A stretch of DNA of 44,552 bases from Candidatus Omnitrophota bacterium (GTDB lineage Bacteria > Omnitrophota > Gorgyraeia > Gygaellales > JAMWDD01), in assembly GCA_023818885.1 (NCBI GenBank), contig JAMWDD010000001.1:1-44552 (forward strand), written 5' to 3'. The first letter of the stretch is position 1; every line of letters starts with the position of its first letter. The position numbers were made by a program, and so were the translations under genes. Of the stretch, positions 38,013-44,552 are shown in pieces. The notes below the pieces were generated by a model. The model saw nothing but the letters and a program-made list of their open reading frames with translations. It was not told the origin of the DNA and ran no database searches.

Positions 38013-38078
38013 AAACAATTATGATTAAGCATCTTTTTAGGGTATAATATATTTTCTAAAAAAAAGGAGTGAGATAAT

Positions 38079-38339
38079 ATGCCTACGTATGAATATGAAT
38101 GTCTTAAGTGCGGTTATCGTTTTGAATTGCTCCACGGCATTAATGCCAAACCAACCCATGCCTGTCCTAAATGTGGAGGCGGTGTAAAGAAACTCATTAG
38201 TTCCGGCTCAGGCATAATCTTTAAAGGTTCGGGTTTCTACGCCACCGATTATAAGAAAAAGAACCAGACAGAATCTTGTCCGACAGCAAATAATTCCCGT
38301 TGTTTAAGCTGCCCTTCGGCAAAGAAAGACCAGGACTAA
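38079..38339 (+). CDS. FmdB-family zinc-ribbon protein
   Basis: MPTYEYECLKCGYRFE...CPKCGG, the canonical FmdB/CxxC_CxxC_SSSS signature. RBS AAGGAG lies upstream. Confidence 0.8.
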   Translation: MPTYEYECLKCGYRFELLHGINAKPTHACPKCGGGVKKLISSGSGIIFKGSGFYATDYKKKNQTESCPTANNSRCLSCPSAKKDQD

Positions 38340-39620
38340 ATGGCAAAGATAAAACCGTTTTATGCGGTTACTTTTAATCCCCAAAATATTTCTGATCTTT
38401 CTACGGTAGTTTGTCCTCCTTACGATGTGATTACGTCTGAGGAGCAGGAGATATATTATAAACTCAGTCCTTATAATCTTATTCGTCTTATCCTTGGCAA
38501 AGACACGGCTGAAGAAGACCGGTATAAATCTGCCGCTAGATATTTTAAGGAATGGCTACAGCAGGGAATTTTGATTCAGGAAAAAGAACCGGCGATATAC
38601 TTTTATAATCAGATTTACCAGATAAAAGGAGAAAGAAAAAATCGGCTCGGCTTTATTGCGCTGCTTAAATTAGACGACGATAAGAATGTTATTTTTCCAC
38701 ACGAATCTACCCGTTTTGAACCAAAGGAAGATAGATATAGATTATTAAAATCGGTAAAGGCAAACTTAAGCCCTATCTTTGTGGTTTTTTCAGATACTGC
38801 CCGAATCATCCAGCGTTCGGCTGAGCGCTATCTTAAGAATAATAAGCCATTTATTGATATCGTTGATAGAGAAGGGGTAAGACATCAGGTTTGGAGAATC
38901 AGCGATAAAGATACAGTGGATAAGATTGTTTTACCGCTGCAGGATAAACAGATGTTTATTGCGGATGGCCACCATCGTTATGAGGTGGCTTTAACTTTCC
39001 GTGACAAGATGAGGAAGGCAGGGCATCTGGATCCTGAGGCAGATTTTAATTATATTATGGCATATTTCACTAATGTAGAGGCAAAGGGACTGACAATTCT
39101 TCCCATACACCGCTTAGTAAAGTATCCGCGGGGGTTTAATTTTGATGATTTTAGAAAAGAATTAGAAAAATATTTTGACCTTGAGGAAATAAAAGATAAA
39201 GACAAATTTTTCTTCTTGATGCAGAAGGCAGGAGAAAGGCAGAATACCTTAGGTATGTATAAAGACAATAAGTTCTTTTTACTGCGCCTGAAAAACTTAA
39301 AAGTGATGGATAGAATTTTGGGGCTGGACAGAATTAAAGAATACAGAAACTTAGATATTACCATTTTTAACTCACTCATCCTAAAAAAAATGCTGGGCAT
39401 AGATATTGAGGATAAGGATAAGATCTATTTTTCCCATAAAGAAGAAGAGTTAATCAGACAGGCAAATGATGATAAGAATAGCATTTTGTTTCTCTTCAAC
39501 CCGGTTAAAATAGAGCAACTGATTTCTGTCGCCAGGCAAAAGGAATGCATGCCTTCAAAATCCACATATTTTTATCCCAAGGTCATTTCTGGGCTAGTCA
39601 TAAATAAATTTAATATGTAA
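38340..39620 (+). CDS. DUF1015 family protein
   Basis: MAKIKPF.A..FNP....D...V.CPPYDVI, IADGHHRYE and PSKSTYFYPK patterns characteristic of DUF1015. Confidence 0.8.
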   Translation: MAKIKPFYAVTFNPQNISDLSTVVCPPYDVITSEEQEIYYKLSPYNLIRLILGKDTAEEDRYKSAARYFKEWLQQGILIQEKEPAIYFYNQIYQIKGERKNRLGFIALLKLDDDKNVIFPHESTRFEPKEDRYRLLKSVKANLSPIFVVFSDTARIIQRSAERYLKNNKPFIDIVDREGVRHQVWRISDKDTVDKIVLPLQDKQMFIADGHHRYEVALTFRDKMRKAGHLDPEADFNYIMAYFTNVEAKGLTILPIHRLVKYPRGFNFDDFRKELEKYFDLEEIKDKDKFFFLMQKAGERQNTLGMYKDNKFFLLRLKNLKVMDRILGLDRIKEYRNLDITIFNSLILKKMLGIDIEDKDKIYFSHKEEELIRQANDDKNSILFLFNPVKIEQLISVARQKECMPSKSTYFYPKVISGLVINKFNM

Positions 39621-39638
39621 TTTATCACACATTAAAAA

Positions 39639-40487
39639 ATGGCGCTATTTGGTAAACCAAAATACACTATTGTCAGGATAAGAAAGAAGGAGATTCCTGA
39701 AGGTCTCTGGACCAAGTGTGAAGATTGCGGCACACCCATCTACAATAAAACGCTGGAAGAGAATCTTAAGGTTTGCCCTAAGTGTAATTATCATTTTGTG
39801 CTCAGTGCGCCAGAAAGGATAAAATTACTTATCGATGAAGGTACATTTGTGGAATTTGATAAGGATATGTTGCCTCAGGACCCTCTAGAATTCAAAGGGC
39901 CGAAGACCTATGCGGAGAAAATAATTCAGGACCAGAACTCCACCGGCTTAAAAGAGGCAGCGATAACAGGAGAAGGCCTCCTTGATAATAAAAGAGTTGC
40001 CTTTGCGGTTACCGACTCGCGTTTTATAATGGGTTCTATGGGTTCGGTGGTAGGTGAGAAGATTACGCGCTGTATAGAAAGGGCAGCGGAGAATAAGATT
40101 CCTTTAATTATTGTCTCAGGTTCGGGCGGTGGGGCCAGGATGTATGAGGGGATGTATAGTCTTATGCAGATGGCTAAAACCTCTCTGGCCATTGCCCGCT
40201 ATTCTCAGGTTAGTGGACCCTATATATCCGTACTTACCAATCCTACGATGGCCGGGGTAATGGCTTCTTTTGCTGGTTTAGGCGATTGCATTGTAGCAGA
40301 ACCCAAGGCCTTAATTGGTTTTACCGGTCCTCGCGTGATTGAGCAGACGATAAAACAAAAATTACCCAAGGGCTTTCAGCGTTCAGAATTTCTCTTGGAA
40401 CATGGACTTATTGATATGATTGTTGCGCGTAAGAATTTAAAGGCCACCTTAAGCCAGTTACTGGATTATCTTAGCCAAGAGAGTTAA
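39639..40487 (+). CDS. accD: acetyl-CoA carboxylase carboxyltransferase beta subunit
   Basis: N-terminal zinc ribbon (CEDCGTPIY...CPKCNYH), MGSMGSVVGEK and SGGARM motifs. Confidence 0.92.
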   Translation: MALFGKPKYTIVRIRKKEIPEGLWTKCEDCGTPIYNKTLEENLKVCPKCNYHFVLSAPERIKLLIDEGTFVEFDKDMLPQDPLEFKGPKTYAEKIIQDQNSTGLKEAAITGEGLLDNKRVAFAVTDSRFIMGSMGSVVGEKITRCIERAAENKIPLIIVSGSGGGARMYEGMYSLMQMAKTSLAIARYSQVSGPYISVLTNPTMAGVMASFAGLGDCIVAEPKALIGFTGPRVIEQTIKQKLPKGFQRSEFLLEHGLIDMIVARKNLKATLSQLLDYLSQES

Positions 40488-40572
40488 AGCCCTAATGTAA
40501 AACCCTAATGATTAATACTGGGGAAGATTTTTATTTTAGATTTTTTGATGAATGATACAGGGTAGATAAGCT

Positions 40573-41679
40573 ATGGCAGAGGTAAGTTTAAGAAACGTCT
40601 CTAAGGTCTACAAAGGCGGCATAAAGGCAGTGAGTAAGGTGAATCTGGGCGTAGAGAGTAAAGAGTTCGTCGTTCTGGTTGGTCCTTCGGGATGTGGTAA
40701 ATCCACAATTTTAAGGATTATTGCTGGCTTAGAAGAGGCCTCTGAGGGTGATGTGTATATCGCAGGTCAGCGCGTAAACGATGTGCCGGCAAAGGATCGT
40801 AATGTAGCGATGGTCTTTCAGAGCTACGCCCTTTATCCACATATGACTGTTTTTGAAAATATGTCTTTTGGTTTGAGATTAAGAAGATATCCCAAATCAG
40901 AAATTGTGCGAAGGGTGAATGAGGCCGCGGAGATATTAGGAATAAAGCATTTGCTCGGCCGCCGGCCTTTAGAGTTATCAGGCGGAGAAAGACAGAGGGT
41001 TGCGGTGGGAAGGACTATCGTTCGCAAGCCCTTGGTCTTTCTTTTTGACGAACCTTTAAGTAATCTGGATGCGAAAATGCGTGTTCAGATGCGCACGGAA
41101 ATTCATAAACTTCATATACGCCTTCAGACAACTATGGTCTACGTAACCCATGACCAGGTTGAGGCGATGACGATGGGTGACCGGATTGCCGTAATGAAAG
41201 ATGGCATAATTCACCAGATAGATGAACCGATGAACATATATGACCGGCCGAAAAATAAGTTTGTGGCTGGTTTTATTGGCTCGCCACCGATGAATTTCAT
41301 TGATGGTCGGATTATCAAGAAAGATACTAAACTTTATTTTGATGATGGGGCAAGGATAAAAGTCAAAATTGTGGAAGATATGTATCCTAAGTTATTGCCT
41401 TATTTGAATAAAGAAATTACCCTGGGAATACGTGCCGAAGATATCTATGATCGGTTATTTGTCTCAGTTGCTCCGCCGGAAAATATTGTGAGGGCACATT
41501 GCGATGTTTATGAACCCATGGGTTCTGAGGTGCACTTGTTCTTAAGTTCAGGAAAACATACCTTTATCGCCCGGGTCGGCGCATACGACCGACCGCAGAT
41601 AAATCAAGACATGGATTTAGTTTTTGATATGAGCAAGGTGCATTTCTTTGATAAAGACACCGAAGAAACTCTCATTTAA
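40573..41679 (+). CDS. sugar-type ABC transporter ATP-binding protein (MalK/UgpC/MsmX-like), with no adjacent permease
   Basis: Walker A GPSGCGKST, signature LSGGERQR, Walker B LFDEPLSNLD and a C-terminal TOBE-like regulatory domain. Confidence 0.9.
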   Translation: MAEVSLRNVSKVYKGGIKAVSKVNLGVESKEFVVLVGPSGCGKSTILRIIAGLEEASEGDVYIAGQRVNDVPAKDRNVAMVFQSYALYPHMTVFENMSFGLRLRRYPKSEIVRRVNEAAEILGIKHLLGRRPLELSGGERQRVAVGRTIVRKPLVFLFDEPLSNLDAKMRVQMRTEIHKLHIRLQTTMVYVTHDQVEAMTMGDRIAVMKDGIIHQIDEPMNIYDRPKNKFVAGFIGSPPMNFIDGRIIKKDTKLYFDDGARIKVKIVEDMYPKLLPYLNKEITLGIRAEDIYDRLFVSVAPPENIVRAHCDVYEPMGSEVHLFLSSGKHTFIARVGAYDRPQINQDMDLVFDMSKVHFFDKDTEETLI

Positions 41680-41707
41680 AGATTTATATTTTATATTAGG
41701 ATTACCC

Positions 41708-42994
41708 TTGAAACTTACTTTGTCCAAGATAATTGTTCTTGCCTTTCTTTGTGTCCTCTTTTACATAATCTTACCCATTTTTCTTATATCTAAAATAGTA
41801 TCGCGCTCTCCATTTTTGGTATCATTTCTTTTCTTTTTGGTCTGCACCTCCATTATTTCTTATTTTGTCTATATGTATTTGAATCGCAGGCGCCTGCTAT
41901 CCCTAAAGGAACAGGATTTAGAAGAGAACATAAATAAAATATCTTACGATATCCAATGTTTAGAGAAACTTAAGCCCCAACTTCAAAGAAAACTCGGGCG
42001 TTATCGCGATTTAAGATTGGTAGTAGAGAAGATAAATAAAGAACTCTCATTGGAGTACGTTGTTGAGACACTCATCTCCCTCGCCTTTGAGATTATCTCT
42101 GATAAGAAGGCACTAACTTGTCTTTATCTTATTGACCCATCCACCCATAAGCCGATATTAACTTCCACAAAGAAACAAGATGATTCTGTGGTGATTAAAT
42201 CTAAGGAAGGCGATATATTTGATTATTGGGTATTAAAACATACGCAACCATTATTAATTGAAGATTTAAGTAAGGACTTTCGTTTTGATATAGAAAAAAT
42301 TAAAAAGGACCAAGCGCGACCCATTTCTTCTCTCATCGCTGCTCCCTTTGTAAGCGAAGAAAGCGTTTTAGGTATCTTGCGGCTGGATAGCCAAGAAGCG
42401 AATTTTTTTAATCAAGACGACCTCAGTTTTTTAAGTACTCTTTGTGATTTGGCTGCGGTTGCCTTGGAAAACGCCCAACTTTATCTTAAGACTGAGGAAC
42501 TGGCAATTCATGACGACTTAACTTCCCTTTTTACCAAGGGCTATTTTCTGGAGCGTTTAAAGGAAGAATTCCCCCGGGCATTAAGAGAAAAATCGAGACA
42601 TTCCTTGATGATGATAGATATTGACTATTTCAAGGCCTATAACGACAAATACGGTCATAGCGCAGGAGATGCAATCCTTAAAAATCTCGGCATGATGTTG
42701 AATGAATTTTTTGAAGACAGAGATGCAGTGGTCTGCCGTTTTGGTGGAGAAGAATTTGCAGTTTTATTATTTGGAGTTGAGAGGAAAGAGGTGCAAGATT
42801 TGGCTGAAAAATTAAGACATAGAATCCAGATGCAAAAGTTTATTATCCGAAGAAAGGAAACTTTCATTACCGTTTCTATAGGAACCGCTACCCTGTCACC
42901 AGAAGTTTTAGATGAGCAAGATTGGCTGAAACAGGTCGATACCGCCCTTTACCAAGCAAAGCAAAAGGGAAGAAACCGCGTATGCCATATTTAA
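41708..42994 (+). CDS. membrane-anchored GAF-GGDEF diguanylate cyclase
   Basis: Two N-terminal TM segments, a coiled coil, a GAF-like region (VLGILRLDS) and GGDEF motifs (DIDYFKAYND.YGH..GD, RFGGEEF, ALYQAKQKGRNR). The frame is open from TTG 41648. TTG 41708 lies 6 nt after TAGGA and does not overlap the ABC gene. There is no ATG upstream of the TM region, so the start is uncertain. Confidence 0.8.
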   Translation: MKLTLSKIIVLAFLCVLFYIILPIFLISKIVSRSPFLVSFLFFLVCTSIISYFVYMYLNRRRLLSLKEQDLEENINKISYDIQCLEKLKPQLQRKLGRYRDLRLVVEKINKELSLEYVVETLISLAFEIISDKKALTCLYLIDPSTHKPILTSTKKQDDSVVIKSKEGDIFDYWVLKHTQPLLIEDLSKDFRFDIEKIKKDQARPISSLIAAPFVSEESVLGILRLDSQEANFFNQDDLSFLSTLCDLAAVALENAQLYLKTEELAIHDDLTSLFTKGYFLERLKEEFPRALREKSRHSLMMIDIDYFKAYNDKYGHSAGDAILKNLGMMLNEFFEDRDAVVCRFGGEEFAVLLFGVERKEVQDLAEKLRHRIQMQKFIIRRKETFITVSIGTATLSPEVLDEQDWLKQVDTALYQAKQKGRNRVCHI

Positions 42995-43983
42995 TTCTTT
43001 ATTTTATTTTACTTTGGTTTTTGCTTTTTTTCTTTATGAAAAAGATATTTGTCTGGCGTCTTTATTTTGATACAAAGGAAATAGACAAAAAAGGGAACAG
43101 GTTAGATGAACTTCAAATGCGGATTTCGCAACTTAAAAAGGATAATGAGTTGATAAGTAAAGAAATAGACCAGACGGTCACACTCTATGAACTTACCAAA
43201 AATATGTGCAAGAGTTTAGAGGTGGATGAAATATTTAACATTTTTAAGGACACTATTTACAAATATATAAATAATATAGATGATTGTCGTTTCTTAACTC
43301 AAGAAGAAATAGAAAGCATATCCGACGGTGATCAGAAAATCCATTTAGAAATGGATGGCAAAGATTTGGGTTATTTAGCACTCAAGGGTTTAAGAAAAGA
43401 GGATGAAGAGAAACTTTCTATTCTTGTCCAGCAATTGCTCTTGGCTGTGAGAAGGGCAGTGCTTTATAAAAAGATACAGGAATTGGCGATAACCGATAGT
43501 TTAACCGGTGCGCTGAGCCGGCGTTATTGCCTGGAGAGAATTACCGAAGAAATTGGCCGTTCCCGCAGATTCCAACTTCAATTTTGCCTCTTTATGGCGG
43601 ATATAGATTATTTTAAAAGATATAATGACCATTATGGCCACTTGGTAGGAGATGCAATATTAAAAGAGATAGTCCAGATAATAAAGGGCAATCTGCGGCA
43701 TATTGACTTGGTAGCCAGATATGGAGGGGAGGAGTTTCTTATCCTTTTACCCGAGACCTCTAAGGACAACGGGCTTATGGTTGCAGAACGTATCCGGGAT
43801 AAAATCCAGACGCATACAATCTCGGTCTATGATGAGAAGATAAAGGTTACCGTCAGTATTGGCGTGGCAGGTTATCCGGAAGATGGGATTGGGCTGCAAG
43901 AATTGATTGATAAGGCAGATTGGGCATTATATCGCTGTAAAAATACAGGAAGAAATCGCGTTTGCGCACCTGGTCGCTTCTAA
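42982..43983 (+). CDS. membrane-anchored GGDEF diguanylate cyclase with an RxxD I-site
   Basis: N-terminal TM (MPYLILYFILLWFLLFFF), a coiled coil and GGDEF motifs (DIDYFKRYNDHYGH, RHID-LVARY-GGEEF, ALYRCKNTGRNR). ATG 42982 overlaps the upstream stop by 13 nt. The ORF is open from 42922. Confidence 0.85.
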   Translation: MPYLILYFILLWFLLFFFMKKIFVWRLYFDTKEIDKKGNRLDELQMRISQLKKDNELISKEIDQTVTLYELTKNMCKSLEVDEIFNIFKDTIYKYINNIDDCRFLTQEEIESISDGDQKIHLEMDGKDLGYLALKGLRKEDEEKLSILVQQLLLAVRRAVLYKKIQELAITDSLTGALSRRYCLERITEEIGRSRRFQLQFCLFMADIDYFKRYNDHYGHLVGDAILKEIVQIIKGNLRHIDLVARYGGEEFLILLPETSKDNGLMVAERIRDKIQTHTISVYDEKIKVTVSIGVAGYPEDGIGLQELIDKADWALYRCKNTGRNRVCAPGRF

Positions 43984-44002
43984 CCAAAACAAAATAGAGA
44001 CG

Positions 44003-44034
44003 CTTTCCTAACACTAATCGGGAAAGTATCTTTA
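44003..44034 (+). terminator. weak hairpin downstream of the second GGDEF gene (CTTTCC-N12-GGAAAG)
   Basis: 6-bp stem (44003-44008 with 44021-44026) followed by TATCTTT. The short stem, long loop and poor U-tract make this tentative. Confidence 0.2.
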
Positions 44035-44085
44035 AAGATAAGAAGTGCTTGCAAATAAAACTGAATTAATATAATATAATAAAAT

Positions 44086-44552
44086 ATGTCTAAATTTATT
44101 ATAGGGGTTGATTTAGGAGCAACGAATTTAAAAGTGGCTTTGTTAGATCAGAATTACCAGATTTTGTATAAAAATTTTTACAAAACGCAAAATCTTAAGA
44201 CCAAAAAGAAAATAATTGATAAGATACAAGAATCTATTCAGGATATCATTTGTAATAAGAAGATTGCCAGAGATAAACTTTTAGGAATAGGCATGGGTGT
44301 GCCAGGTCCGGTAGATTATGAGAAAGGAAAGGTGTATTTCTTCCCCAATATCCCGGGGTGGAAAAATGTCCGCCTTAAGACAATTTTAGAAAAGAAAATA
44401 AAGTTGCCGGTTTTTGTGGACAACGATGCAAATTTGATGTGTTTGGCAGAGGCACGGATAGGCGCGGCTAAAAAAAGCAAAAATGCCGTCTGTCTTACCT
44501 TAGGCACAGGTGTGGGGGGAGGGATTATAATTAATCAACAGCTATATCGCGG
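44086..44552 (+). CDS. ROK-family sugar kinase (glucokinase-like), 5' fragment running off the window end; absent from the ORF track
   Basis: Translation from ATG 44086 gives MSKFIIGVDLGATNLKVALLD...GMGVPGPVDYEKGKVYFFPNIPGWKNV...VDNDANLMCLAEARIGAAK...LTLGTGVGGGII, which carries the ROK ATP-binding and ROK signature motifs. There is no stop before 44552. Confidence 0.85.
   Translation, partial: MSKFIIGVDLGATNLKVALLDQNYQILYKNFYKTQNLKTKKKIIDKIQESIQDIICNKKIARDKLLGIGMGVPGPVDYEKGKVYFFPNIPGWKNVRLKTILEKKIKLPVFVDNDANLMCLAEARIGAAKKSKNAVCLTLGTGVGGGIIINQQLYR

Noticed and set aside
44316-44507. 63-aa minus-strand ORF, the only ORF the track lists at the 3' end of the window
   Set aside because: The + strand frame from ATG 44086 encodes clear ROK-family kinase motifs and runs off the window, so the minus ORF is a shadow.

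Overview
Low-GC bacterial chromosomal segment of 44.5 kb with about 43 protein-coding genes, all on the + strand. Genes are tightly packed, many joined by 1-4 nt start/stop overlaps (TAATG, ATGA). I saw no rRNA, tRNA, CRISPR array, transposase, integrase or phage gene; every intergenic gap is under ~125 bp. Gene order: (1) the 3' part of a group-3b-like [NiFe] hydrogenase operon (gamma fragment, delta, alpha, maturation endopeptidase), ending in a HypC::HydE-like radical-SAM fusion; (2) nadE-larE(like)-nifS-birA; (3) a BirA-box-controlled biotin operon bioB-bioF-bioH-bioC-bioD::bioA; (4) mnmA, nadA, an RluA-family synthase, uppP, yqeY; (5) Lrp/AsnC regulator, aminotransferase, glnA, a small GAF-like ORF; (6) feoAB, a GPH/MFS transporter, an unknown membrane protein; (7) miaB (no TRAM domain), a TPR-SPOR protein, miaA, hflX; (8) one contiguous heat-shock cluster hspR(MerR)-hsp20-clpB-hrcA-grpE-dnaK-dnaJ; (9) FmdB zinc ribbon, DUF1015, accD, an orphan MalK-like ABC ATPase, two tandem GGDEF cyclases, and the 5' part of a ROK kinase that the ORF track missed. 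The region is mostly housekeeping. The best candidate for something undescribed is the HypC::HydE-like fusion closing the [NiFe] hydrogenase operon. Secondary points are a NadE whose glutaminase-domain catalytic Cys position reads Gly, a three-Cys LarE-like protein coupled to NifS, a short HrcA next to a half-degenerate CIRCE, and a phased triple direct repeat over the hspR promoter. All functional calls come from motif recognition by eye; no database search was run.
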